Below are positions 35,786 to 45,046 of a stretch of 52,876 nucleotides of DNA, piece after piece. Each line of letters begins with the position of its first letter. Position 1 is the first letter of the stretch. This DNA comes from a virus (lineage: Duplodnaviria > Caudoviricetes), in IMG/VR virus record IMGVR_UViG_3300030330_000436, positions 1 to 52,876 of that record. One strand, 5' to 3'. The translations under genes were made by a program, and so were the position numbers. The notes beneath the pieces are model-generated. The model searched no databases, was not told where the DNA came from, and saw only the letters and a program-made list of their open reading frames with translations.

Positions 35786-38203
35786 ATGGCAGAACTAGAA
35801 GACGAAATAAAAGCCGCAGCTAAAATTATAGATTTTCTTGGCCTAGCTCAAGAAGGTTTTGACCTTTTTAGGTATAAAGAAGCATTAAAACAAAAAACGT
35901 TGGACGGTGCTTTAACGTTAAGAGATGCTTTGTTTATTACATTAAATGAAAAAGGTTTAAAGATATTAGAAAAATCTTTTGTGCAAGACTCTAATTTAGA
36001 AATGGTAGCTAAAATTTTTCCATCTACTACAAATATAGATATACCGGGTGGAGGAACTTTGGCTGTATCTCCTGAACCAACCTCTGCTATGGCAAATTGG
36101 TCTACTCTGATAAATAAAATTAAGAAAAAAACCGGACAAGATGAAAAAGAAATTTTAAATACTCCTATTCAAAGTTATATAAGAGAAGGAGTACCTAAAG
36201 AATTTGATATGGAAAGCGCAAAGGGAGGTGCTTCTGCTTTACGTCAAGGTATTTTTTATGCAAGAAAACAACTTGGATTTTCAGAAAAAGAAAAGAAGAT
36301 AATTCGGGATACATATCTTGACGATATCGCTCTGAGGCAAGAATTAGGTGGTTCAAAAACTTATGGACAAAAAAGATTAGAGGGTAGAGCGCTTTCTACA
36401 CGAAATATACGACCTTCTGATGCACCTTTAATAACACAAGCTGTAAAAGAGGGAATGAGTGTTATAACAGACGCTGATGCTAAAGCAGCTATTATGTATA
36501 ATATTCTTATTCCACACAGAACAGTGCAAGTTTCTCGTTTAAGAATAAATCCTGAAAGAGATGCTAAAGGAAATATTTTAAAAGATGCTACTGATCCGTA
36601 TTTAGACGGAGATCAAATTGTTGTGCCTCAAGAAGGTGCGAAAAAAGGTCAAAAAAGATATACTACTGTTAAACTAACTCCGTTCATGCAAAATTTTCTT
36701 GGACAGATCGCAGCAAATAACCCAGATAGGACATTTCTGTTTCGAGATAATAATGTAGCTAAAACAACGTTTGAAGCTAGAATAAATAACGCACTTCAAC
36801 TTCCGGGCGGTGTAGGAGAAAAAACTCAAGCATTGGTAGACAAAGGTATATTTAGAGGGGCCGTAAGCACTTTTGGAATGCTAAGAAAACTTTCAGCTAC
36901 GTCAACTGCTCTTTATGTTCCGGGTTCTTTTGGTAACTTACGATATATTATGGGGCATACAAGTTTAAAACAAGTTGCTTCAGAAACAGGTATAGATGAA
37001 CAGCAAAAAATATTCTATATAGGAGATATTCAAGAAGGACGTTCTGATTTTGAAGTTATGAAGTTATACGAAGATGAACTTCAAAAAAATTCAGGAGCAT
37101 CAAGTAAAAGAGACCTTTTAAGAAACACCTTTAATATTAGTGAAATTGATCTTCCTAATAGTTTTACAGACCCAGCAATAACAGAAACTCAAGGTAGAGA
37201 TTTAGCAAAAAATGTCTTACAAGAAGTAGAATTTGACACACAACTGAATAATCGTCCTGATTTATCTTTTGAATCTAAATTATGGATAATAGAAAATTTG
37301 AAAACACCAGAAGCATTTAAAGCTTTTGAAGATCAAATAGAACAAGCTCAAAAGGCAGTCGGTAGTGAGTCAGTTGATTCTTTGGATCAAATAATACAAA
37401 GAAAAATAAATCCAGAGTTAAAAGTTGACAGTTCTGTACAAGAAGTTATCAAGGAGCTAGAGGCTCCTGAAGCACCTTCAAAACCCTCTGTAATGCCAGA
37501 ACCTGTTGTTACTTCTCCTGAAAGTGACTTTGATTTTACCGATACACCACAAGAAGATATTCCACAAACAGCACAAGATGCACGTAGACGAGCATCAGAG
37601 TTTTTTGAAGACGAACAACAAAAAAGAGATTTTCTTAGTAGAATGGGTAAAGGTGTTACAAAACTTGGATTAGCTGCGCTAGGAGGCGGTGCAGGTGTTT
37701 TAGCAACTATAGGAGACGCAGCAGCAGATGTCGCGCTAAGTCCAACTGAAGTAGCGTACGGTGGTCTTGATCCAGCAGAGGAGATCATGGGTAGGGCTGA
37801 AAGACGTTCTTTGTTTGCTTCCGATGACATGAGTGACACAGAACTTTTAGAAAGAATGCAAGCTGCATCATCTCAAAGACTTTCTCCTGATATGGCAGAA
37901 CGCACAACTGCTCTTGCAGATATAGAAGCAAACAGAGGGCGTCTTGAGGAGAGAGGTTTTAGTCCTATTGCTCGACAACAAGTAGAACAATCTCAGCGCG
38001 ATCAAAGAGAAAGCGGGTTAGGAGATTATGGAGAAACAACACAAGCAGAATCTATGAGACAACTATTTAGTGAACTGCAAGATGTAGATACAAGTGAAGC
38101 ATTTACACAAGAAGCTAGAAAAGCACGGATAGATGCAAGCATAGATGAAAGAATACAACGAGCAAAAATAGCAGCAGAAGCTGCACAGATATTTAACCGT
38201 TAA
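35786..38203 (+). CDS. 805-aa protein with an internal tyrosine-recombinase-like catalytic domain
   Basis: ILIPHRTVQVSRL...AKKG..R...VKLTP...FLF...TFGMLRKLSAT...IMGH...KIFY matches the R-K-(H)xxR-H-Y order and spacing. Confidence 0.7.
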   Translation: MAELEDEIKAAAKIIDFLGLAQEGFDLFRYKEALKQKTLDGALTLRDALFITLNEKGLKILEKSFVQDSNLEMVAKIFPSTTNIDIPGGGTLAVSPEPTSAMANWSTLINKIKKKTGQDEKEILNTPIQSYIREGVPKEFDMESAKGGASALRQGIFYARKQLGFSEKEKKIIRDTYLDDIALRQELGGSKTYGQKRLEGRALSTRNIRPSDAPLITQAVKEGMSVITDADAKAAIMYNILIPHRTVQVSRLRINPERDAKGNILKDATDPYLDGDQIVVPQEGAKKGQKRYTTVKLTPFMQNFLGQIAANNPDRTFLFRDNNVAKTTFEARINNALQLPGGVGEKTQALVDKGIFRGAVSTFGMLRKLSATSTALYVPGSFGNLRYIMGHTSLKQVASETGIDEQQKIFYIGDIQEGRSDFEVMKLYEDELQKNSGASSKRDLLRNTFNISEIDLPNSFTDPAITETQGRDLAKNVLQEVEFDTQLNNRPDLSFESKLWIIENLKTPEAFKAFEDQIEQAQKAVGSESVDSLDQIIQRKINPELKVDSSVQEVIKELEAPEAPSKPSVMPEPVVTSPESDFDFTDTPQEDIPQTAQDARRRASEFFEDEQQKRDFLSRMGKGVTKLGLAALGGGAGVLATIGDAAADVALSPTEVAYGGLDPAEEIMGRAERRSLFASDDMSDTELLERMQAASSQRLSPDMAERTTALADIEANRGRLEERGFSPIARQQVEQSQRDQRESGLGDYGETTQAESMRQLFSELQDVDTSEAFTQEARKARIDASIDERIQRAKIAAEAAQIFNR

Positions 38204-38231
38204 TTGACAATCAACATAAGGAAACTATATT

Positions 38232-38465
38232 ATGCCTACAGGAAACAAACAAATGTACGGTGCTAATTACATTTCGGGTCAGATGTCGAAGCAGGGCGAA
38301 ATGTCCGATGCTAACGAATCGGCTCTCTATCGCGAACCGCTTGAGTTCGACACTGTAATTAAGCGCAACTACCCTTTGACTGAATCCTTTCCGTCAGAAG
38401 CTGGTAGCAAGCACATGGACAAAAGCGTTCTTGGAAAAATGGCTGAGTCCAGCCCTCACAGTTAA
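38232..38465 (+). CDS. Conserved small hypothetical protein preceding the portal
   Basis: 77 aa, AAGGA SD. Confidence 0.65.
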   Translation: MPTGNKQMYGANYISGQMSKQGEMSDANESALYREPLEFDTVIKRNYPLTESFPSEAGSKHMDKSVLGKMAESSPHS

Positions 38466-38496
38466 TTTTGTATTACACAACGAAAGTTGCATTTAA

Positions 38497-40557
38497 ATGA
38501 AGCAAGAAGACAAGTATGAACTTGTTGGAACCATTCAGTCTCGTTTTGAAGACGCTGAAACTGGAAGGCTTCCCGATGAAGAAAGATGGCTACAGGCTTA
38601 TAAGAATTATCGCGGTATCTATGACTCTTCTACACAGTACCGTGAGAATGAACGAAGTCAAGTTTTTATTAAGATTACAAAAACAAAAGTTCTTGCCGCT
38701 TACGGTCAGATCGTAGACATTCTTTTTTCACAAAATAAGTTTCCCATTTCAGTCGAGTCAACTCCAGTGCCTGAAGGTATTGTGGAGTTTGCTCATTTGT
38801 CTAAAAACCCATCACCTCAACCTGAACAGGAAGAAGACCCTATTGGTTTTCCGGGTGATGGACGAGAACTGCTTCCGGGTGCTATGGAAGCTACACCTTT
38901 AGCAGGTTTAGAAGATCGTTACGAAGGAGCAAATCTAGAAGAAGGCCCAGCCCGTGCAGGAGAACCACAAATAGCTCCTGCCCGTGAGTCTGCACGTTTT
39001 CTAGAAAAGTGTATTCAGGATCAGCTTTTAGACACAAACGCTGTAACTGTAATGCGACACGCTTTGTTTGAATGTGCTTTGCTTGGCACAGGTATTATTA
39101 AAGGACCATTTAACTACAGTAAAACTGTACATAACTGGTCTTTAGATGAGAACACAAATGAAAAAACTTACGCTCCATACGACAAGTCTGTGCCTCGTAT
39201 CGAGTCTGTAAGCTGTTGGGACTTCTATCCTGATCCCTCTGCAACCTCCACACACGATTGCGAATATGTAATTCAACGTCATCGTTTTAATCGTGAACAA
39301 CTTTACGATCTACTCAATCGACCTTTCTTTGACCAAAAAGCTATCGAAGCCGTTCTAGAAGAAGGACCAAACTATGAAGAACGTTATTTTGAAAGTACGC
39401 TCTACAATAACGAAAAAGATACACAAAATGAAAGATTTCGTTACGAGGTGCTGGAGTACTGGGGTATCATGGATACGAACAGTGCCGAAGACGCTGGTCT
39501 TGAAATACCAGCAGATGCGGGACCGTCTATTCAAGTAAACGCTTGGATTTGCGGAAACGAAATTCTTCGTATTGTATCCAATCCGTTTCTACCGACACGC
39601 CTTCCATTCTACTCATTTCCTTTTGAACTGAACCCCTACCAAATCTTTGGCGTGGGTGTAGCGGAGAACATGGAAGATAGTCAGCTTCTTATGAACGGAC
39701 ACGTTCGTATGGCTATAGACAATCTGGCTCTAGCAGGAAATCTTGTGTTTGATATTGACGAAACGCAGCTTGTTCCCGGTCAGTCCTATGATGTATATCC
39801 GGGTAAGGTCTTTCGGCGTCAATCTGGTGTTACGGGTACAGCAATCAACGGTATTAAGTTTCCGAATACTGCTGGAGAAAATATACAGATGTACGACAAG
39901 GCTCGTCAGCTTGCAGATGAGCAAACAGGTATTCCCAGTATCGTACATGGTCAGACAGGCGTAACAGGCACAGGACGTACAGCAGCAGGTCTTAGTATGC
40001 TGATGTCGAGTGCAGGACTCAGTATCAAGACTGTTATTAAAAATATTGATGACTTTCTTCTCAAGCCGATGGGCGAAGCGTTTTTTCAATGGAACATGCA
40101 GTTCAACGACAAGATGACTGAGATACATGGTGATCTAGAAATTAAACCTCGCGGTACAAGCGCAGTTATACAAAAGGAAGTACGTAGTCAACGTCTGACT
40201 GCACTGTTGCAAACAGTAGCTAACCCGATGCTTGCACCGTTTATTAAGATTCCTAATCTGGTACGTGAATTAGCTATCAGTCAAGATATCGATCCTGATC
40301 TTCTTGTAAATGATGTAAATGATGCTGCTGTTTTTGCAGAAGTATTGAGAGGACTAAATGAACGCACAACAGGCGAAGAAGCTTCTCCCGCTGGTCAACA
40401 ACCCGGAGGCATGGGAGCCGCTGGAGGAACACCTACAACAGTTGGGCCAAATGATGCAACGGCAGTTGGTGGTGGCGGAATCGGAATTGGAGATGCGCCG
40501 CTTGCAGGGCAAGCTGGCTTTACTGGAAACACTTCAGAGCCTGAAGGTATCGGTTAA
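38497..40557 (+). CDS. Portal protein
   Basis: EERWLQAYKNYRG...SQVFIKITKTKVLAAY...GTGIIKGP...WDFYPDP...IDNLALAGN...RTAAGLSMLM. Size and position fit. Confidence 0.88.
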   Translation: MKQEDKYELVGTIQSRFEDAETGRLPDEERWLQAYKNYRGIYDSSTQYRENERSQVFIKITKTKVLAAYGQIVDILFSQNKFPISVESTPVPEGIVEFAHLSKNPSPQPEQEEDPIGFPGDGRELLPGAMEATPLAGLEDRYEGANLEEGPARAGEPQIAPARESARFLEKCIQDQLLDTNAVTVMRHALFECALLGTGIIKGPFNYSKTVHNWSLDENTNEKTYAPYDKSVPRIESVSCWDFYPDPSATSTHDCEYVIQRHRFNREQLYDLLNRPFFDQKAIEAVLEEGPNYEERYFESTLYNNEKDTQNERFRYEVLEYWGIMDTNSAEDAGLEIPADAGPSIQVNAWICGNEILRIVSNPFLPTRLPFYSFPFELNPYQIFGVGVAENMEDSQLLMNGHVRMAIDNLALAGNLVFDIDETQLVPGQSYDVYPGKVFRRQSGVTGTAINGIKFPNTAGENIQMYDKARQLADEQTGIPSIVHGQTGVTGTGRTAAGLSMLMSSAGLSIKTVIKNIDDFLLKPMGEAFFQWNMQFNDKMTEIHGDLEIKPRGTSAVIQKEVRSQRLTALLQTVANPMLAPFIKIPNLVRELAISQDIDPDLLVNDVNDAAVFAEVLRGLNERTTGEEASPAGQQPGGMGAAGGTPTTVGPNDATAVGGGGIGIGDAPLAGQAGFTGNTSEPEGIG

Positions 40558-40582
40558 ATCAGATGCTAAACAAAAAGAATAA
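40358..40582 (+). CDS. Conserved small protein after the portal (alternate frame overlapping the portal's low-complexity tail)
   Basis: GAGGA SD. LLPLVNN...W...EMRRLQGK motif is typical of post-portal genes. Confidence 0.7.
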   Translation: MNAQQAKKLLPLVNNPEAWEPLEEHLQQLGQMMQRQLVVAESELEMRRLQGKLALLETLQSLKVSVKSDAKQKE

Positions 40583-40586
40583 TTAA

Positions 40587-42920
40587 ATGTCAACTACTGA
40601 AGACAGCAGAACAGATAGAGAGTTTCGACGTTTTCTCCAGTGGGCAGAAAGCAAAGGCGGTCTGGACAAACAGATGCGGCAATCAAGAGGTGACATTGGC
40701 GCGTATGATACTGGACATTCTGACGCAGGAATTGAATATTTTACAGTAAATGCAGAAGGACAAGAAGGCGCAGGTTTATACGACGATCAACCCGGCGATT
40801 ATTTTGACTTTCCGTGGGCCTATCGTGAGCATCCAGACTATAGAAAATATTGGGGCAGAGGTAACGCATACGTAGGTTTTATTCCTGAACGTCAACCATT
40901 TGTACCACCAGAGCCTCCAGAAATTAGACAAAGTGTTCTATCAACTTTAGGAAGTGATTCTTTAATTGAAGATACTAATCAGTCTTTTGTTTCTAGAGTT
41001 TCTGATGCTAGTAACGTTCAAAATCAGTTAACTGCCTCTACTCAATCTGCTTTACAAGAAATTAAAAAAGACCCTTCTCTTCCCTTTGTAGGTGCAGTAC
41101 GACAAAGTTTTTTAGAAGATGAGGATGAAGATGTAGAGCCTCTTTCTTCTCCACAAGCAAATATTTTAAGAAGTTTTTTAGAACAAGCACAACAACAAAG
41201 AGTTCAAGATTCTCCAGCTTTTCAACAACGACGGCAAGCAATTGCAAGTATTTTGCAAACAAATCCAGCTTTTCTTTCTAGACAGTTACAACAAGTAACA
41301 AGTGCAAATGTTGAGCAGACTGAACCAAAATTTACAAACATACTTGAAGAGATTGCAACAGACCCTGTTGAAGCTTTACAGCAAACTACTACACCTGTTG
41401 ATTTTGTTCGCACATTTGAAGAAGTAGATGGTGGAGGTTTTGATGAAGATGGAGAGGATTCTTTTACATCTACATCTACAACTTCTTTAGGTGATGCTTT
41501 CGGAGGTTTATTTGGCGAAGAGGACTCTGAACCTGCTTTTGGAGATTTCAGCAGCGCACAAATGTCTCAAGCTGCACAGACCATAAGTCAGTCAGAGACA
41601 ACATTTTCTAATGAACAATCAAGTATGCCTACTCCTGCCGAAATTGCAGCGGCAAAAGCAGAGGGTAAAAATACACTTGCAATGCAAGCGGAAAGAACAG
41701 CCTCACTTTTCGGTACAAGAGCTAGTATATTTGGTGACAAGATGAATAATCCACAAACTCTAGGCACCATGATTGCTCAAAATGTTGCAGAGGGTTTTGT
41801 AATGGGTGCAAATCCTGCTTTAGCCGCTCCCATTGCAGGAGGATTGCTTACTCCTGCTGGACTCATTGTAGCCCCTGTTATTGCGGGTATAGGTGCTGCC
41901 GCAGACATAGCTAACTCTACTTTTTCAGGATTTGGTTTTGGTAATTTTATGTCTGCTCTTTTCAATGGTTTAACTTTTGGACTTATAGGAGACAGTATTG
42001 AAGATCAGGAAAACGAACAGGCAGAAAAAGATCTACTTGTAGAAGATATCTTTTCAAATCCATTTCAAACTAAAGATAAAGATCAGGAGTTTGGTAAATT
42101 AGTCGATCAAACCAAGACTGAAGAAGCCATCCGAAGCGAGATTCAACTGGCAAAAGAAATACAAAAATACGAACAAATCGCTAAAGATATTAGAACATAT
42201 AAAGAAAAAGAAAGCTATCAAGACCCCGCAGGAGGCGATCCGGGTGGAATATCTGGACCTACAGCAGGTATGTCAATAGACGAAGGAACATTTGGAGTAT
42301 TTGGTCTGGATACAGGAGACTATGAGAATGGCGACAGTCCCAGTGATGGTGATGGTGATGGTGATGGAGACGGCGCTGGATCAGCATGTTGGGTCGCAGG
42401 AACTCAGATACTTATGGCCGACAATACATATCGTAATATCGAAGATTTAAAAATAGGTGATATGGTTATGTCTTATCCTGAAACTAAAAAGACAAGACGT
42501 TGGAATACACCGCTAGAAGCTAGACCTATTGTATCTCTTCTCGTAGATGTACACCCTGAAATTTGGCATCTAAATGATTCGATGGTATCTGGAACTGAAT
42601 GGATGATTAAAGGCGATGGAACAGCAGCTATTGTACAATGGCTAAATGTAGGCGACACAGTTCTTGGACCTGACAACAATCTAGTAGAAATTACGCGAGT
42701 TGAACCTGCTGAAGGACAGCTAAAGAAACAAGTTATTTACAACTTTGAGACTGAAAATAACTATACTTACATTGCAGACGGTATGAGAACAATACGCGGA
42801 CGCGCTGTAAGAGGAGAGCAATGGGGTAAATCTTATCTGTCTGGAGATACAAATTCCTACGAAGGAAGTATGAAAGATGAATATGTTAGAAAATTTGATA
42901 CAATAAAAAATGCAGCTTAA
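40587..42920 (+). CDS. 777-aa protein with a C-terminal Hint-like domain
   Basis: C601 starts CWVAGTQILMADNTYRNIEDLKIGDMV...LNVGDTV...VIYNFETENNYTYIADG. Confidence 0.8.
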   Translation: MSTTEDSRTDREFRRFLQWAESKGGLDKQMRQSRGDIGAYDTGHSDAGIEYFTVNAEGQEGAGLYDDQPGDYFDFPWAYREHPDYRKYWGRGNAYVGFIPERQPFVPPEPPEIRQSVLSTLGSDSLIEDTNQSFVSRVSDASNVQNQLTASTQSALQEIKKDPSLPFVGAVRQSFLEDEDEDVEPLSSPQANILRSFLEQAQQQRVQDSPAFQQRRQAIASILQTNPAFLSRQLQQVTSANVEQTEPKFTNILEEIATDPVEALQQTTTPVDFVRTFEEVDGGGFDEDGEDSFTSTSTTSLGDAFGGLFGEEDSEPAFGDFSSAQMSQAAQTISQSETTFSNEQSSMPTPAEIAAAKAEGKNTLAMQAERTASLFGTRASIFGDKMNNPQTLGTMIAQNVAEGFVMGANPALAAPIAGGLLTPAGLIVAPVIAGIGAAADIANSTFSGFGFGNFMSALFNGLTFGLIGDSIEDQENEQAEKDLLVEDIFSNPFQTKDKDQEFGKLVDQTKTEEAIRSEIQLAKEIQKYEQIAKDIRTYKEKESYQDPAGGDPGGISGPTAGMSIDEGTFGVFGLDTGDYENGDSPSDGDGDGDGDGAGSACWVAGTQILMADNTYRNIEDLKIGDMVMSYPETKKTRRWNTPLEARPIVSLLVDVHPEIWHLNDSMVSGTEWMIKGDGTAAIVQWLNVGDTVLGPDNNLVEITRVEPAEGQLKKQVIYNFETENNYTYIADGMRTIRGRAVRGEQWGKSYLSGDTNSYEGSMKDEYVRKFDTIKNAA

Positions 42921-42938
42921 TTGAAATAGGGAAAAACA

Positions 42939-43658
42939 ATGGCACTTATTCAACCTAACATTCCTGAAATGGAAGCACCTCCTTTAGAAGCTGGTGTAGT
43001 AAACGAACCTATGGGCGATCTACCTACGGAGGGTGGCGTAGAGTCCGTAGAGGACGATATTCCTACAACAGCAAAAGAAGGTGACTTTATTCTTCCATAT
43101 GAGTCTGTTCTTTTTGTAGGGCTTAACAATATTAATATCGAAGTTAAGAAAGCTATGAAACAAGCACAGCAAGAGGGTGTGCAGATTGAAGGTGCTGATC
43201 CTGACGCAGATATTCCGATTAAGATTTCTAACTTTGAATACCGTATTCCGAAAGAACTTGTAGAGTATATTGGTATACAGCGACTTGAAACCTATCGTGA
43301 GAAGGGCTTAGAGCTTCGCGCACAACTCGAAAAGAACAGAGGCGACAAAGAAAAAGCTTTTGTGCCACCTCCACAAGAACCGCAACAGATGGCACAGGCA
43401 GAGATGCCTCCTATGCAAGTTCCACAAGAACAGGCCATGCCGCCACAAGCTATGCCGCCACAAGCTATGCCGCCACAAGCTATGCCGCCTATGATGCAAA
43501 CGGGCGGCATGATACAAAAGCCTAGCGGTGAAACGTTGCACTCTCCGGGTCAGGGCAGTCCTCTACAAAGCCCATCTCCAATGCAGAAAAAGAAAGAAGA
43601 AGAGAAAAATCTTCTTGATATGAGCGAAGGTGGTCTTGTAAAGAAAAAGAATAACTAA
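42939..43658 (+). CDS. Conserved virion-module protein (DDIP..xxEGxFI motif twice) with PPQAM repeats
   Basis: DDIPTTAKEGDFILP...VG and DIPIKISNFEYRIP...IG. 15-bp tandem repeats near 43437-43490. Confidence 0.65.
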   Translation: MALIQPNIPEMEAPPLEAGVVNEPMGDLPTEGGVESVEDDIPTTAKEGDFILPYESVLFVGLNNINIEVKKAMKQAQQEGVQIEGADPDADIPIKISNFEYRIPKELVEYIGIQRLETYREKGLELRAQLEKNRGDKEKAFVPPPQEPQQMAQAEMPPMQVPQEQAMPPQAMPPQAMPPQAMPPMMQTGGMIQKPSGETLHSPGQGSPLQSPSPMQKKKEEEKNLLDMSEGGLVKKKNN

Positions 43659-44044
43659 TGGGACAAAACTGGGAATATTTTACGCACGACGAATTAAAGT
43701 GCAAATGTGGTTGCGAAGACGCGCCCATGAGAGACGACTTTATGAATATGCTTATTGCAATTCGCGAAGAGTTTGATCGTCCTATGATTATTACATCTGC
43801 ATTTCGATGCGTAACGCACAACAATAAAATTGGTGGAGCAAAGGACTCTCCACACTTACACGGCAAAGCTGTAGACGTTGGTGTAAACTACGAAGATGCC
43901 TACGATCTTTTAGGCATAGCTTTACAACACGGTATGACAGGTATTGGCGTAAAACAAAAAGGATTAGCGTCTGGACGTTTTATACACCTTGATAACATGG
44001 TGTCTGCAAAAGGGCGTCCACGACCAACAGTTTGGAGCTACTAA
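43658..44044 (+). CDS. Peptidase M15A (endolysin-like Zn peptidase)
   Basis: YFTHDELKCKCGC...ITSAFRC..HN..IGGA..SPHL.GKAVD...FIHLD. Confidence 0.9.
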   Translation: MGQNWEYFTHDELKCKCGCEDAPMRDDFMNMLIAIREEFDRPMIITSAFRCVTHNNKIGGAKDSPHLHGKAVDVGVNYEDAYDLLGIALQHGMTGIGVKQKGLASGRFIHLDNMVSAKGRPRPTVWSY

Positions 44045-44059
44045 ACGCTTCATTACCGG

Positions 44060-44140
44060 AGCGGCTACCCGATACAAATCGGCCCCGCTATTTAACTACT
44101 CCTCCGCACGGCTACCCGAATATATAACATTCGGCCCCGC
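44060..44140 (+). promoter_or_regulatory. Two tandem operator-like hairpins upstream of the scaffold gene
   Basis: CGG-CTAC-CCGA-(variable loop)-TCGG-CC-CCGC occurs twice. Confidence 0.6.
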
Positions 44141-44160
44141 GAGAGAAAGGAGATACAAAC

Positions 44161-45018
44161 ATGACTGACAACGAAAACATTACAGAAGAAGAGGCACTTG
44201 AGCCTACCCCATACGAAAATGCGTATAGGCGAACCCTGAACGAACCTGACGAAGAAACTTTGGACCCCGTTGTAGAAGAAGCGGCTACTCCTCAACTTAC
44301 AGAAGGTATTGTTCAAAAAGAAGATCACGATTACAAGAAACGGTATGATGATCTAAAGAAGCACTATGATACGAAACTTAACGAGTGGAAACAAAACCAA
44401 GAAATTCTTGAAGCCAAACTCAAGATGGTTGACGCTCCGAGAGTAGATCAGCTTCCTAAGACAGCGGAAGAACTTGAAAATTTCCGTAATCAATACCCTG
44501 ATGTGTATGATGTGGTTGAAACTATTTCTTCGCTAAAAGCTAATGACCGAGTTTCACAAGTCGAAGAACATCTGGAAGTACTGCGACAAAAGGAAGAAGA
44601 GGCAGAACGAGTTACTGCTGAAAAACAACTTACTGCATTACATCCAGACTTCATGGAACTCAAAGAAAGTGACGACTTTCTACAGTGGCTAGAAGAACAA
44701 CCATCAAGCATTTCTGATGGTGTCTATCGCAACAATACGGATGTTCGTTGGGCCGCAAGAGTAATCGATCTGTACAAAGCAGATGTTGGTCAGACCACTA
44801 CTAAGTCGAGGCGATCTGGTTCTAAAGGGAATCAACGTGCAGAAGCAGCGCAAGCTGTAACACGCACAGCATCAAATCGAGGCTTAGAAACTCTAGGACC
44901 GGATAAAAAAGTCTGGACAGTAGAGGAAATCTCCCGGCTTAAACCGTGGGAATTTGAGAAATACGAGAAAGACATTGACGCTGCTTCCCGTGAGGGACGT
45001 ATTGTTGATTCAATTTAA
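44161..45018 (+). CDS. Capsid scaffolding protein
   Basis: Acidic coiled coil with DYKKRYDDLKKH, HPDF and C-terminal EKDIDAASREGRI. Immediately before the capsid gene. Confidence 0.8.
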   Translation: MTDNENITEEEALEPTPYENAYRRTLNEPDEETLDPVVEEAATPQLTEGIVQKEDHDYKKRYDDLKKHYDTKLNEWKQNQEILEAKLKMVDAPRVDQLPKTAEELENFRNQYPDVYDVVETISSLKANDRVSQVEEHLEVLRQKEEEAERVTAEKQLTALHPDFMELKESDDFLQWLEEQPSSISDGVYRNNTDVRWAARVIDLYKADVGQTTTKSRRSGSKGNQRAEAAQAVTRTASNRGLETLGPDKKVWTVEEISRLKPWEFEKYEKDIDAASREGRIVDSI

Positions 45019-45046
45019 CTTTTAACCATAGTAAGGAGAAACCGAA

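Noticed and set aside
35786-38203. Conventional integrase of a prophage
   Set aside because: No host genes, att-like duplication, tRNA target or CI/Cro pair is visible, and the domain sits inside a much larger late-module protein.
42387-42800. Canonical splicing intein or homing endonuclease
   Set aside because: No C-terminal His-Asn plus nucleophile, no block B His and no LAGLIDADG insert. Reported instead as a degenerate Hint domain.
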